Positions 1 through 10,798 of a stretch of DNA of 64,000 bases are shown piece by piece. Made by a program: the position numbers and the translations under genes. Within the stretch, counting starts at the first letter, position 1, and each line of letters starts with the position of its first letter. The notes under the pieces were generated by a model, which did no database searches, was not told the origin of the DNA, and saw only the letters and a program-made list of their open reading frames with translations. Source of the DNA: an uncultured bacterium. GTDB lineage: Bacteria; Spirochaetota; Leptospiria; Leptospirales; Leptonemataceae. Location of the stretch: positions 4,314 through 68,313 of the forward strand of contig CALFVU010000002.1 of assembly GCA_937928085.1 (NCBI GenBank), in the 5' to 3' direction.

Positions 1-1
1 A

Positions 2-115
2 GAATTCTATAAAGATAATAAATTTAAAGTTGAAGATATTATCAAACAACATATATCTAAGTTTGGGGAAAATATTCAAATATCTCGATTTACAAGATAC
101 GAAATTCATTCTTGA
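2..115 (+). CDS. tsf: 3' end of a gene entering from the window edge, probably elongation factor Ts
   Basis: Frame open from the edge to TGA 113..115 (EFYKDNKFKVEDIIKQHISKFGENIQISRFTRYEIHS*). It sits directly upstream of pyrH-frr as in the conserved rpsB-tsf-pyrH-frr cluster. Only 37 aa are visible, so the call rests mostly on synteny. Confidence 0.45.
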   Translation, partial: EFYKDNKFKVEDIIKQHISKFGENIQISRFTRYEIHS

Positions 116-849
116 ATATGTTTCCCTATACAAGAATTTTATTAAAACTTTCTGGTGAATCGTTTACAAAAAAAGGAGAATTTGGAATTAATTTTTCGCT
201 AGTACAGAATATAGCAAAGCAAATTTTATTTTGTCATAAACATGGGATTAACATTGCTGTGGTGATTGGTGGTGGAAATATTATCCGTGGAAATTTAGCA
301 GCTGAATCTGGAATCGATCGTGCAACAGCGGATTATATGGGAATGTTAGGGACTGTCATTAATTCTTTAGCTTTACAAGACGCTTGTGAAAAGTTAGGTT
401 TGATTACAAGAGTTCAAACTGCTATAGAAATGCGTTCTATCGCAGAATCTTATATTAGAAGGAAAGCAATACGTCATTTAGAAAAAAATCGAATTGTGAT
501 TTTTGCTTCTGGAACCGGAAATCCTTTTTTTACTACTGACACAACTGCTGCTTTGCGTGCTATCGAAGTGGGTTGTCAGATTATCTTAAAAGCAACAAAA
601 GTAGATGGAGTTTATGACTCCGATCCTTTTAAAAATCCAAATGCAAAAAAATATGTAAAACTATCTTTTAAAGAAGCTATACAAAAGGAGCTAAGAGTAA
701 TGGATACGACAGCTTTAACTCTTTGTATGGAAAACAACATTCCTATTATTGTTTTCGATATATTTAAAGAAGGAAATTTAGAGCAATTAATAAAAGGGGA
801 AAGAGTTGGTACGTTAATATCTCATAATTCAGGAGTTGAATATGAATAA
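112..849 (+). CDS. pyrH: UMP kinase
   Basis: ILLKLSGESF and VIGGGNIIRG motifs, amino-acid-kinase fold, correct length. TTG at 112 or ATG at 118 are possible starts. Confidence 0.95.
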   Translation: MNMFPYTRILLKLSGESFTKKGEFGINFSLVQNIAKQILFCHKHGINIAVVIGGGNIIRGNLAAESGIDRATADYMGMLGTVINSLALQDACEKLGLITRVQTAIEMRSIAESYIRRKAIRHLEKNRIVIFASGTGNPFFTTDTTAALRAIEVGCQIILKATKVDGVYDSDPFKNPNAKKYVKLSFKEAIQKELRVMDTTALTLCMENNIPIIVFDIFKEGNLEQLIKGERVGTLISHNSGVEYE

Positions 850-1408
850 TACATACGAAAACATCAAAAAGATATTGGATGAGCTAAATAAAAAAATGGA
901 TAAAAGCGTAGAAGCTTTTAAAAAAGAGCTCAATACAATACGTTCAAATCGTGCCAACCCGGCAATGTTAGAAGGAATTTTAGTAGAATACTATGGAACG
1001 GAGTTGCCAATCAATCAAATTGCAACTATTTCAGTACCTGAACCAAGAACTCTATTGATTCAACCATTCGATAAAAATGCTCTTTCTTCTATTGAAAAAG
1101 CTATTCAAAAAAGTGATCTTAATTTAAATCCACAAAATGATGGTAGTGTAATTCGTTTAATTTTACCCGAGATTACAAAAGAAAGACGTGAAGAACTTGT
1201 AAAATTAGTAAGACAGAAATTAGAAGAAGCAAAAGTTGCAATTCGTAACATTCGAAGAGATGCAAATGATGAATTAAAAAAAATCACAAATATATCCAAA
1301 GATGATCAAAAACATTATCAAGAGGAAATTCAAAAAGCTACAGATCGACATATAAAAATTTTAGAAGAAATTTCCCAAAAAAAAGAAGAATCGATTATGC
1401 AAATATAA
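842..1408 (+). CDS. frr: ribosome recycling factor
   Basis: RANPAMLEGILVEYYG motif and about 185 aa. ATG 842 lies 6 nt after AGGAG (831..835). The track start at 836 is an in-frame TTG. Confidence 0.95.
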   Translation: MNNTYENIKKILDELNKKMDKSVEAFKKELNTIRSNRANPAMLEGILVEYYGTELPINQIATISVPEPRTLLIQPFDKNALSSIEKAIQKSDLNLNPQNDGSVIRLILPEITKERREELVKLVRQKLEEAKVAIRNIRRDANDELKKITNISKDDQKHYQEEIQKATDRHIKILEEISQKKEESIMQI

Positions 1409-1413
1409 ATTCA

Positions 1414-2136
1414 ATGAACCCTCCTGAGCAATTACCAAAACATATAGCGATAATTTTAGATGGAAACGGAAGATGGGCTCAAAGTCGGAATCTTCCCAGA
1501 AGCGAAGGTCATAGACAAGGGGGGGAAACTTTAAAAAAAATACTTGATGTAATGTTAGAAATCAACATACCTTATGTTTCTTTGTATACTTTTAGTACAG
1601 AAAATTGGAAAAGACCAAAACAAGAAATTTTAACTTTATGGAAATTAATGAAAGAATTTTTTTCTCAATACTTAAATGAAGCAGTTCAGAAAGGAATACG
1701 TATAAAAGTTTCGGGAGATATTTCAAAACTTCCCAAGGAAAATCAAAATATTATCAATGAATCAATCTCTAAAACAAAAAAAAACAAAAAATTGATTGTA
1801 AATTTTTGTATTAACTATGGTTCTCATAAAGAAATTCTTTATGCGGTAAATCAGATTTTAATAACAAAATTAAACATGAACAAAAAAAATTATAACATAA
1901 AAATCACAGAAAAAGATATTGAAAGACATTTATATACGTATCCCTTACCATCTGTAGATTTGCTTATTCGTCCTGGAGGAGAACATAGGATTTCGAATTT
2001 CTTGTTATGGCAATCTGCTTATGCAGAAATTTATTTTACAAATGTTTTGTGGCCTGATTTTTCAAGAGAAGATTTAATCAAGGCTCTACATTGGTTTGCT
2101 CAAAGAGAAAGAAGATATGGTGGATTAAAACATTAA
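1414..2136 (+). CDS. uppS: undecaprenyl (di-trans,poly-cis-decaprenylcistransferase) diphosphate synthase
   Basis: HIAIILDGNGRWA and RISNFLLWQSAYAE motifs. Confidence 0.95.
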   Translation: MNPPEQLPKHIAIILDGNGRWAQSRNLPRSEGHRQGGETLKKILDVMLEINIPYVSLYTFSTENWKRPKQEILTLWKLMKEFFSQYLNEAVQKGIRIKVSGDISKLPKENQNIINESISKTKKNKKLIVNFCINYGSHKEILYAVNQILITKLNMNKKNYNIKITEKDIERHLYTYPLPSVDLLIRPGGEHRISNFLLWQSAYAEIYFTNVLWPDFSREDLIKALHWFAQRERRYGGLKH

Positions 2137-2175
2137 AATTCTTTTCAAAAATAATTAACATAAAAAATAGACCAA

Positions 2176-3108
2176 ATGCAAGAAACAATCAAGAGAATAA
2201 TATCTGGTTTTGCAATTGGTGGTGTAGTTATTCTTTTATTGAATCATTTATATTTTTTTTATGGAATACCCATCCTTATTGTAATTTTATTTTTTTGCTT
2301 ATTAGGCTTGGAAGAGTATTATCGATTAACTGATAAAGGATTAGAAGGAAGAGCGATTCGGATTTTAGGATTTTTATTTGCTTTTTTTCTAGTATTCTTT
2401 TATTACTTAGAATATTTATATTTATCAAAACATGCCTTTTCTTTTCCAGATAGCATAATTTGGTTTTTAGAAAAATATAAAAAAATCGAAAATCCTATTG
2501 TTCCAGTTATTGTTATTTTTTTAATTTTTATTAAAACTTATAGTATGATGTTTCGTCCTATTGAAGGCAATACTTATAATTCAATGGTAACGATAACGGG
2601 AGTTCTTTATACGACACTTCCTTTAGCTGTTATACTTCCGATGCTTGCTTTAACTCAAGGGGTTTTTATTTTTGTGTTTACAGCATTAGCTACTATTATG
2701 ACTGACGTGGGAGCTTATTTCGGTGGTAGATGGTTTGGAAAGCATAATGCGGGATTGCAAGTAAGTCCAAGAAAAACTTGGGAAGGATATATTTCTGGTA
2801 TTGTTTTTGCTAACATATTCAATTTAGGTTTTTTATATTTCTGGATTTATTTTCATCCTAATCTAAGTATAGAAGAATTGAAAATTTTACCAAATTATTG
2901 GGAAAGTATAGTTTTAACATTTATGTTTTCTTTTATTTCAATTTTTGGAGATTTAGTAGAAAGTGCCCTCAAAAGGGATGCTAAAACAAAAGATTCTTCT
3001 TCTTTGATTCCAGGTCATGGTGGGGTTTTAGATCTTGTGGATGCAATGCTATTTACATTTCCTGTGGGGTATTATTATTTTTATATCAAAATTCAATTTT
3101 TATTATGA
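2176..3108 (+). CDS. cdsA: phosphatidate cytidylyltransferase
   Basis: Polytopic membrane protein with the C-terminal signature SALKRDAKTKDSSSLIPGHGGVLDLVD. Confidence 0.9.
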   Translation: MQETIKRIISGFAIGGVVILLLNHLYFFYGIPILIVILFFCLLGLEEYYRLTDKGLEGRAIRILGFLFAFFLVFFYYLEYLYLSKHAFSFPDSIIWFLEKYKKIENPIVPVIVIFLIFIKTYSMMFRPIEGNTYNSMVTITGVLYTTLPLAVILPMLALTQGVFIFVFTALATIMTDVGAYFGGRWFGKHNAGLQVSPRKTWEGYISGIVFANIFNLGFLYFWIYFHPNLSIEELKILPNYWESIVLTFMFSFISIFGDLVESALKRDAKTKDSSSLIPGHGGVLDLVDAMLFTFPVGYYYFYIKIQFLL

Positions 3109-4304
3109 CAATTCGAGAACGGTTAAATCTTGATTATGCCAGACCTACAAAAAAATTAATTATTTTAGGATCGAGCGGTTTTATTGGAAATTTTGCTCTT
3201 GAATATTTAAGACGTTATCCAAAAATACAATTAGAGGGTATAAGTATTCATAGATCTATTGAAAAATTACAGTCTATTATTGATGAGTTCCAACCGAAAT
3301 TTGTATGTATTACTGACGAAAATGCTTTTGAAAGATTTCAAAAAGATTTTTATAATCCAAAAATTAAAGTATTTAAAGGAAAAGAAGGATTAATAGAATT
3401 AATAGAAGCCTCAGATTCCGATACTGTTTTAAACGCTTTAGTGGGTTCAATTGGTATAGAAGCTACTTTTAAAGCTATAGAAGCTCAAAAAAAAATTTGT
3501 ATTGCAAATAAAGAAAGCTTAATTACTTCCGGACCGATTTTGATAGATTTACTAAAAAAATATAAAGCACCTTTGATCCCTGTTGATTCTGAGCATAACG
3601 CTATTTTTCAATTGTTATTATTACAAAATTCTGAAAATATAAAAAAAATACTTTTAACTGCATCTGGAGGACCTTTTCGTGACTATACATTAGAACAAAT
3701 TGCAGTTGTTACAAAAGAGCAAGTATTGCAACATCCAACCTGGAATATGGGACCTAAAATTACTGTAGATTCTGCTGGATTAATCAATAAAGGACTGGAA
3801 GTGATTGAAGCTCATTATCTTTTTGGTTTTTCCTACGATATGATTGATGTCAAAATCCATAAAAAAAGTTATGTTCATGGGTTGGTTCAAACTATGGATG
3901 GTGCATATCAATGTTTTGTAAGTCCTCCTAGTATGATATTCCCAATTGCTTATTCATTGCATTTTCCTAATCCCGTACCTTTTGTTTTGCAAGAAGCTCA
4001 AGATCCAGAAAACTGGCCCATTTTAGAATTTGAAAATGTAGATCACAGAAAATATCCTGGATTTTCTTTGTGTATCGAGGCTGGAAAGACTGGAAATTCT
4101 GCTCCAGTAATATTAAATTCTGCAAATGAAATTGCAGTAGAAATGTTTTTACAGGATAAAATTCATTTTACAGATATTCCGAAAATCATTCAAGATGCTT
4201 TAAAACAAATTCCAGTAGTCAAATTAGAAAAACTACATATTTTGTTAGAAGAAGACAAAAAAGTAAGAAATTATGTAAATTCAAAATGGAATGAAAAGGA
4301 GTAA
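3105..4304 (+). CDS. dxr: 1-deoxy-D-xylulose 5-phosphate reductoisomerase
   Basis: GSSGFIGNFAL NADPH loop and the DSEHNAIFQ and NKGLEVIEAH motifs. ATGA overlap with cdsA. Confidence 0.95.
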   Translation: MTIRERLNLDYARPTKKLIILGSSGFIGNFALEYLRRYPKIQLEGISIHRSIEKLQSIIDEFQPKFVCITDENAFERFQKDFYNPKIKVFKGKEGLIELIEASDSDTVLNALVGSIGIEATFKAIEAQKKICIANKESLITSGPILIDLLKKYKAPLIPVDSEHNAIFQLLLLQNSENIKKILLTASGGPFRDYTLEQIAVVTKEQVLQHPTWNMGPKITVDSAGLINKGLEVIEAHYLFGFSYDMIDVKIHKKSYVHGLVQTMDGAYQCFVSPPSMIFPIAYSLHFPNPVPFVLQEAQDPENWPILEFENVDHRKYPGFSLCIEAGKTGNSAPVILNSANEIAVEMFLQDKIHFTDIPKIIQDALKQIPVVKLEKLHILLEEDKKVRNYVNSKWNEKE

Positions 4305-4307
4305 ATT

Positions 4308-5927
4308 ATGCTCGTAATCATCTTAGCTGGTCTGATTTTGTTGACACTAACGATTATTGTCCATGAATTCGGTCATTTTCTATTAGGAAAATGGATTGGA
4401 GTACAAACAGAAATTTTTTCTATAGGTTATGGTAAAGGGATCTTCAAAAAAAAGATTGGAAATACAATCTTTCAAATCACAGCTTTTCCTTTGGGAGGTT
4501 ATGTAAAATTTAAAGGTGACGATTATGCAGTAGATTATTCTGATGCTTCAGATGCTCAAAAAGATAGTTTTTTTTCTAAACCGCCTTTATTACGAATCAT
4601 TCCAGTATTTGGTGGACCTTTATTTAATTTGCTTTTCGGAATTTTGATTTTTTTTATTGTTGGATTTTTCCCAATTAATGATCCTCCTGTAATTTATTTT
4701 TGGGAAGAATTCGAGAACAGTCCTGCAAAGATCGCAGGTTTACAAAATGGAGATATTGTTTTGGAAGTTAACCAAAAAAAAATTAAAAATTTTCGAGAAC
4801 TACAAGAACAAATTTTGCTTTCTGGAGGAACACCATTAAATTTTATAATCGAGCGAAATTCAGAAATCAAAGAAATTCAAGTGATACCAGATACTGATTC
4901 TGCTGGAAGATCGTTTATAGGAATACGTGTACCGGGAGAAAGATTCATTCAAGTTGATTTTCCATTTTTTACTGAACTTAAATTTCGAATTTATCAATGG
5001 TTTAATCCTGCAATTGAGCCTCCTGTTGAATTCCCTGCTTTAAAATACTTACAAAATGGAGATATCCTTTTAGAACTCGAAGGTAAAAGAATCCACTCTG
5101 TGTATGAACTTCAAAAATTATTAGGAAGTTTAGAAAAAGATACGATTTCTTTAAAAGTAAGACGACAAAAGTATTCACTTTTAGTTCCATGGTATACGGA
5201 AATTGTAGAATTACAAATCCCTTTTCGAAAAGAATACAGGATATATCTTAGAAATGTACTTGATACAAAATATAACGAAATGATTCCTCAGATTGAATTA
5301 GTATCGTACTCAAAAGAGCATTTGCGATTGTTAAATTTTATCACCATTGATAATCAAGCTATTTCTTCTTTTAGAGAGTTATATGAAACATTTTCTAAAA
5401 CGAAAAATGTTACTGTAAAAATCGAAGATAAAGAATACAAAGCAGAGATTACAGTAGAAAGAATAGGTCTTATGGGATTTCGCCCCAATAGTTTTATTCA
5501 AACAACAAAATTGAAAGAAAATACAACCATATGGGGAGCTTTTCTTTTTTCCTTAGAAAGTACATATCATCATTTAGCCTTATATCCAAAATTTATAGAA
5601 AAACTTTTTTCTGGAAGAATTTCATTTATCGAAAATACAATGGGTCCTGTGGGAATGTTTGCTGTTGCTGGAATTGTAATTCAAACAGATTTTATAGATT
5701 ATCTACAACTAATGGCTTCGATTTCGATAGCTTTAATGGTAATTAATTTAATACCTTTTCCTATTGTAGATGGTGGTCATATCGTTTTATTTTTAATCGA
5801 AGCTATACGAAAAAAAAAGCTACCTTTAGAGTTGATTGATTCTATTCATAAATTTGCTTTTTTATTTTTAATGGGACTGGGACTTTGGATTATGTTAAAA
5901 GATATTCTTTTTGTTTTGGGCTTGTAG
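4308..5927 (+). CDS. rseP: RIP metalloprotease RseP (M50 site-2 protease with PDZ domains)
   Basis: HEFGHFLLGK zinc motif in TM1, C-terminal NLIPFPIVDGGH motif and central PDZ-like repeats. AAGGAG precedes ATG 4308. Confidence 0.85.
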   Translation: MLVIILAGLILLTLTIIVHEFGHFLLGKWIGVQTEIFSIGYGKGIFKKKIGNTIFQITAFPLGGYVKFKGDDYAVDYSDASDAQKDSFFSKPPLLRIIPVFGGPLFNLLFGILIFFIVGFFPINDPPVIYFWEEFENSPAKIAGLQNGDIVLEVNQKKIKNFRELQEQILLSGGTPLNFIIERNSEIKEIQVIPDTDSAGRSFIGIRVPGERFIQVDFPFFTELKFRIYQWFNPAIEPPVEFPALKYLQNGDILLELEGKRIHSVYELQKLLGSLEKDTISLKVRRQKYSLLVPWYTEIVELQIPFRKEYRIYLRNVLDTKYNEMIPQIELVSYSKEHLRLLNFITIDNQAISSFRELYETFSKTKNVTVKIEDKEYKAEITVERIGLMGFRPNSFIQTTKLKENTTIWGAFLFSLESTYHHLALYPKFIEKLFSGRISFIENTMGPVGMFAVAGIVIQTDFIDYLQLMASISIALMVINLIPFPIVDGGHIVLFLIEAIRKKKLPLELIDSIHKFAFLFLMGLGLWIMLKDILFVLGL

Positions 5928-5958
5928 AAGAAAGCTTTATGTAAAAATTGTTTCTTAA

Positions 5959-7725
5959 ATGAAAAATTTTCTTATCACTACTTTAAGAGAAAATCCTCAA
6001 GATGCGGTAGTTAGTTCTCATAAATTGATGATTCGTGCAGGCCTTATAGAAAAATTGGGTTCAGGACTTTATCATGTTTTACCTTTAGGACTGAGAGTGA
6101 TCCGAAAAATAGAAAATATCGTAAGAGAAGAAATGAATCGCTCCGGTGCTTTCGAATTTCAACTTCCTTTATTAGTGCCAGCGGAATTATGGAAAGAAAC
6201 AGGGCGATGGACTTTAATTGGTAAAGAAATGTTTCGATTAAAAGATAGAAATCATAACGATTTAGTTTTAGGTCCTACTCACGAAGAAACATTTACGCAT
6301 TTGATGAAGTCTCTTATTAAATCTTACAAAGATCTACCTATTAATGTTTATCAAATCCATACAAAATTTAGAGATGAAATTCGGCCAAGATTTGGAGTAA
6401 TTCGTTCAAGAGAATTTATTATGAAAGATGCATATTCTTTTCATGTTGACGAAGCATCTCTAGAGGAAACTTATCAAATCATGAGAAACACGTATAGAAG
6501 GATTTTCTCTCGAGTAGGATTAGAAACAATTCCAGTAGAAGCAGATACTGGTGCTATGGGAGGTAGTGGTTCAGAAGAATTTATGGTTCCTTCTCAAATA
6601 GGAGAAGAAACCTTACTCATCAACGAGGATATGTCGTATCGATGTAATGTAGAAAAAGCTCCCGTAATTTATAATCATTTACATAAAGAAATTTCTGAAG
6701 AAGAGATTAAGTTTTTACAAACACATATCAAAAAAATCTATACTCCGAATATAGCAACAATCGAAGATTTAGCAAAATACTTAAATAAAAAAAACGAAGA
6801 ACTTTTAAAAACATTACTATACAGAATTGTTTTGGGTGAAAATCAAGAAAAACTTGTAATGATTCTCATCCGTGGTGATAGGCAGTTGAATGAAACCAAA
6901 CTTAAAAATTATTTTCAAGCAATTGAAGTGTATCCAGCTTCCGAAAAAGATTTCGAAGAAATTGGAAGTGTGGTAGGATATGCAGGGCCAATGAATTTAA
7001 ATACTTCAATCCCTATTCTTTATGATCTTTCCGTTGCAACAAGAAAATCATGGATTACTGGAGCTAATGAAAAACACTACCATATAGAAAATTTTCATCC
7101 TGTTCTTATAGATAAAAACTGGAGTCAATATTTAGTAGATCTTGCTATCGCTAAAGCAGGTGATCTCGATCCAAATGGGAAAGGAGTTTTAAAAGAAATT
7201 CGAGGAATCGAAGTGGGGCATATTTTTAAACTTGGACAGAAATATACGAAAGCAATGGACTTTTCTTTGTTAGGTTTGGATCAAAAGCGAATTTATCCTC
7301 TTATGGGCTGCTATGGAATAGGAATTAATCGAACTATGGCAACTATTATTGAACAAAATCATGATGATAAAGGTATCCAATGGCCTATATCTGTTGCTCC
7401 TTTTGAGATCGTTTTAATCGATATTGCTAAAAATCAAGAAGAAAAAGACCAGGTAGAAGAGATATATGATTCTTTACTAAAAGAACATTTCGAAGTTTTA
7501 TGGGACAATCGGGATGTACGCCCCGGTGTGAAATTTATAGATTCAGAATTAATTGGTTTTCCTATACGCATTACTATCGGGAAAAATTATTTCGAAAATC
7601 AAGAAATTGAACTTTATATAAGAAAAACAGATCAAAAATATTTAGTACCAAAACAGGAATTGATTTCTAAATTACAATCTATTCGAGAGTTTTTATTTTC
7701 TTTATTACCTAATCACGACTTATGA
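5959..7725 (+). CDS. proS: prolyl-tRNA synthetase (bacterial type with editing insertion)
   Basis: Class II aaRS motifs ([34 protein letters not shown]), 588 aa. Confidence 0.95.
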   Translation: MKNFLITTLRENPQDAVVSSHKLMIRAGLIEKLGSGLYHVLPLGLRVIRKIENIVREEMNRSGAFEFQLPLLVPAELWKETGRWTLIGKEMFRLKDRNHNDLVLGPTHEETFTHLMKSLIKSYKDLPINVYQIHTKFRDEIRPRFGVIRSREFIMKDAYSFHVDEASLEETYQIMRNTYRRIFSRVGLETIPVEADTGAMGGSGSEEFMVPSQIGEETLLINEDMSYRCNVEKAPVIYNHLHKEISEEEIKFLQTHIKKIYTPNIATIEDLAKYLNKKNEELLKTLLYRIVLGENQEKLVMILIRGDRQLNETKLKNYFQAIEVYPASEKDFEEIGSVVGYAGPMNLNTSIPILYDLSVATRKSWITGANEKHYHIENFHPVLIDKNWSQYLVDLAIAKAGDLDPNGKGVLKEIRGIEVGHIFKLGQKYTKAMDFSLLGLDQKRIYPLMGCYGIGINRTMATIIEQNHDDKGIQWPISVAPFEIVLIDIAKNQEEKDQVEEIYDSLLKEHFEVLWDNRDVRPGVKFIDSELIGFPIRITIGKNYFENQEIELYIRKTDQKYLVPKQELISKLQSIREFLFSLLPNHDL

Positions 7726-8975
7726 AAATAAAAAAATATCATAAAAAATTTTTAAAAAAATTATCAAAAAATGTTTGGAAGACAAAAACTTTATTTCCCG
7801 AAGATGGATATTATGGTGATTTCGGAGGTATTTACAGCCCCGAAGTATTGATTCCAGCGCTTGAAGAGTTAGAGAAAAATTATAAAAAGTTTTTAAAAGA
7901 TAAGACATCGATTCATGAATTATTCTATTATTACAAAAATTTTTGCGGAAGACCTTCTCTTTTGACTAAAGCGGAACGCTTATCCAAAGAATGGAATGCA
8001 GAAATTTATTTAAAACGAGAAGATTTGAATCATACTGGATCCCACAAAATCAACAATGCCACAGGACAGGTTTTATTGGCAAAAAAAATGGGAAAGAAAA
8101 GGGTAATTGCAGAAACTGGAGCAGGACAACATGGAGTAGCTACTGCCACTGCTGCTGCCAAACTTGGACTTGAGTGTACTATTTATATGGGAGAAGAAGA
8201 TGTACGCAGACAAAATCTAAATGTTTATCGTATGAAGTTATTAGGTGCAGAAGTTGTTCCTGTAACTTCTGGAAATAAAACTTTAAAAGATGCTACAAAT
8301 GAAGCTATGAGAGATTGGGCAAAGACAGTAGAATATACCCATTATGTTATTGGTTCTGTGATTGGACCTCATCCTTTTCCTGCAATTGTGAGAGATTTTC
8401 AATCCATTATTGGATGGGAAGCAAAGAAACAATTTTATCAAGCAACCAAAAGACTACCAGATTTTGTAGTTGCATGTGTAGGTGGTGGTTCTAATGCAAT
8501 TGGAATTTTTCATAGTTTTCTTGTGGATTACGAAGTCAGATTGTTAGGTGCTGAAGCGGGAGGAATTTCGAATCAACCTGGAATGAATTCAGCTTCGATT
8601 GAATTTGGAGAAGTAGGATACTTTCATGGTACCAAGTCGTTATTTATACAAAATTCAGAAGGGCAAATTCAAAATGTACACAGTATTTCTGCTGGTCTGG
8701 ATTATCCCGGTGTAGGTCCGGAACATGCATATTTACATCAGATAGGTAGAGTAGAGTATTTTTCTGTAAGAGACAAAGAAGCTTTAGATGCATTCGTCGA
8801 AGTATCTCAAATTGAAGGAATTATTCCAGCTTTAGAAACAGCACATGCATTGTATTTAGCAAAACAAGAGATTCGTAACTACAAAAAAAAGCCTTATATT
8901 CTTGTATGTCTTTCTGGAAGAGGAGATAAAGATGTAGCAGAAGTAAATCGAATTTTACAAAATCAAAATTTATAG
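7722..8975 (+). CDS. trpB: tryptophan synthase beta chain (TrpB1-type) with a Lys-rich N-terminal extension of about 20 aa
   Basis: [14 protein letters not shown]-lysine motif plus the [10 protein letters not shown] and GGGSNAIG motifs. ATGA overlap with proS. Confidence 0.93.
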   Translation: MKIKKYHKKFLKKLSKNVWKTKTLFPEDGYYGDFGGIYSPEVLIPALEELEKNYKKFLKDKTSIHELFYYYKNFCGRPSLLTKAERLSKEWNAEIYLKREDLNHTGSHKINNATGQVLLAKKMGKKRVIAETGAGQHGVATATAAAKLGLECTIYMGEEDVRRQNLNVYRMKLLGAEVVPVTSGNKTLKDATNEAMRDWAKTVEYTHYVIGSVIGPHPFPAIVRDFQSIIGWEAKKQFYQATKRLPDFVVACVGGGSNAIGIFHSFLVDYEVRLLGAEAGGISNQPGMNSASIEFGEVGYFHGTKSLFIQNSEGQIQNVHSISAGLDYPGVGPEHAYLHQIGRVEYFSVRDKEALDAFVEVSQIEGIIPALETAHALYLAKQEIRNYKKKPYILVCLSGRGDKDVAEVNRILQNQNL

Positions 8976-8995
8976 TTTTAAATGTAAAAAAATAA

Positions 8996-10003
8996 ATGGA
9001 AGGCGAAATCATTGTTGAAAATTTAGTAAAAGAATTTATCATTAGAAAAAGAAAAAAAGGATTTGTAGGATCAATTCTCGGTTTATTTTATACACAAAAA
9101 GAAATTCTAAAAGCTGTTGATCAGATTTCGTTTAAAATTTCGAAAGGAGAAATTGTTGGATATCTGGGACCTAATGGTGCTGGCAAATCCACTACAATTA
9201 AAATGTTAACAGGAATTTTATTACCTACTTCTGGAAAAATACTTGTAAATGGAATGGAACCTTTTAAAAATAGAATCCAATATACAAAAACAATTGGAGT
9301 AGTTTTTGGTCAAAGAACCCAATTATGGTGGGATTTACCCTTAATTGAAAGTTTTGATTTACTAAGGTTGATTTATAAAATTGATAAAAAAATATTCCAA
9401 CAAAGATTTGATGAATATATAGAACTTTTAGGTTTGAATGATTTTTTATATCAACAAGTTCGAAAACTTTCACTAGGACAACGTATGAGGGCTGATCTTG
9501 CAGCTTCTTTAATCCACGAGCCTTTTATACTTTTTTTAGATGAACCTACAATTGGGCTTGATATATTAACAAAAGATATCGTTCGAAAAACTATCTTAGA
9601 ACTAAACCGAAGAAAAAAAATAACTGTTATTCTTACCACACACGATTTAGAAGATATCAAATCTTTAGCAAATCGTTTGATTTTAATCGATAAAGGTAAG
9701 ATTTACTATGATGATCAAATCCAAACATTTTTAGAAACCTATCAAACAAATAAAAAAGTAACCATCCATTTAGAAGATGAATTTTATTTTCCTGATTTTC
9801 TAAATTCCCTTAATGGTTTTCGTATTATACAAAATCAAGCAAATCGATTATACGAAATCGAGATTCCTAAAGAAAAAAGTGTAAGTACAATTATAGAAAT
9901 GATACAAAACACTGGAGGAAAAATTCAGGATATTACAGTAAAGAAACAAGAATTAGATGAAATTTTAAAACTAATTTACAAAAACAAAACAATAGAATTA
10001 TGA
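8996..10003 (+). CDS. ABC transporter ATP-binding protein (ABC-2 type, COG4586-like)
   Basis: Walker A GPNGAGKST, signature LSLGQRMR, Walker B LFLDEPTIGLD. Confidence 0.9.
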   Translation: MEGEIIVENLVKEFIIRKRKKGFVGSILGLFYTQKEILKAVDQISFKISKGEIVGYLGPNGAGKSTTIKMLTGILLPTSGKILVNGMEPFKNRIQYTKTIGVVFGQRTQLWWDLPLIESFDLLRLIYKIDKKIFQQRFDEYIELLGLNDFLYQQVRKLSLGQRMRADLAASLIHEPFILFLDEPTIGLDILTKDIVRKTILELNRRKKITVILTTHDLEDIKSLANRLILIDKGKIYYDDQIQTFLETYQTNKKVTIHLEDEFYFPDFLNSLNGFRIIQNQANRLYEIEIPKEKSVSTIIEMIQNTGGKIQDITVKKQELDEILKLIYKNKTIEL

Positions 10004-10797
10004 AAATTCCTCTTGTATATTTAAAAATGATTTCCCTATCTTTTCAGACTTCTATTGCTTATAAAATTGAATATTTTACTTCTTTATTGAATGCTTTTTT
10101 ATATATTTTTATTTTTGTTTCTGTTTGGAGTTCGCTACTACCTGAAGAAACAACTATAGACGGAATTTCTAGAGAAATGATGGTTTCTTATGCAGTTCTT
10201 TCTAATTTGATCAAATCCACATTTGCAAAATCTCAAATTTTTTTTTCAAGTAAAATAAGAAGTGGAGAGATAGCGGTAGAATTAATGAAACCTCTTTCTT
10301 TACCTTTGTTATATTTTTCTGATATGATAGGAAAGACGCTTTTTCAAATCTTTGCTAGAGGTTTACCGATTTTATTTTTTAGTTTTTTTATATATAAAAT
10401 TCGCTTTTATATAAATCCAGAAATCTTACTTAAATTTTTGATGCTTTATATTTTGTCTTTTTTATTATATTTTTTTATAAGTTTTTTTATAAGTTCTTTA
10501 TCATTTTATTTTGTAGAAATTCTTCCTTTTTGGATTTTATATTTTGCATTGATTACTTTATTTTCGGGGGGGATAATTCCTATTGATTTTTTCCCAGAAG
10601 TACTAAGAAATTTGACTTTATTTACTCCATTTCCGTATTTGTTTTATTTTCCCACAATTTTGCTTTTAAAATCAGATTTAATTGTTCCTTATTCCGAACT
10701 AATCATTTTTTATATTGTACATATATTTGTATTATTTGTTATATCGTTTTTTTTATATCGTTTTGGTTTAAAAAAATTATATATTGCAGGAGGATAA
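10000..10797 (+). CDS. ABC-2 family transporter permease
   Basis: Six-TM hydrophobic protein, ATGA-coupled to the ATPase gene. The family assignment comes from context. Confidence 0.7.
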   Translation: MKIPLVYLKMISLSFQTSIAYKIEYFTSLLNAFLYIFIFVSVWSSLLPEETTIDGISREMMVSYAVLSNLIKSTFAKSQIFFSSKIRSGEIAVELMKPLSLPLLYFSDMIGKTLFQIFARGLPILFFSFFIYKIRFYINPEILLKFLMLYILSFLLYFFISFFISSLSFYFVEILPFWILYFALITLFSGGIIPIDFFPEVLRNLTLFTPFPYLFYFPTILLLKSDLIVPYSELIIFYIVHIFVLFVISFFLYRFGLKKLYIAGG

Positions 10798-10798
10798 A

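Noticed and set aside
1105-1299. Short antisense ORFs from the six-frame track lying inside longer genes. The set is 1105..1299, 5002..5190, 7720..7908, 8821..9042, 9264..9473, 9451..9660, 19140..19322, 27742..27930, 27914..28105, 29115..29321, 31903..32097, 32390..32626, 35181..35396, 35363..35551, 38032..38259, 40924..41115, 41161..41349, 41747..41950, 42684..42887, 42854..43111, 45491..45676, 46547..46840, 49109..49387, 51841..52041, 53453..53791, 54716..54898, 55812..56000, 57779..57967 and 59451..59672.
   Set aside because: Each is fully embedded opposite a longer ORF with clear family motifs. They have low-complexity or odd composition, no SD and no recognisable motif. They are treated as shadow ORFs.
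2091-2333. Same-strand out-of-frame short ORFs (2091..2333, 5531..5746, 7991..8173, 24276..24494, 28463..28651, 32585..32770, 61333..61527)
   Set aside because: They overlap well-supported genes in another frame, are Cys/Trp/Arg-rich as expected for off-frame translation of A/T-rich coding DNA, and have no independent support.
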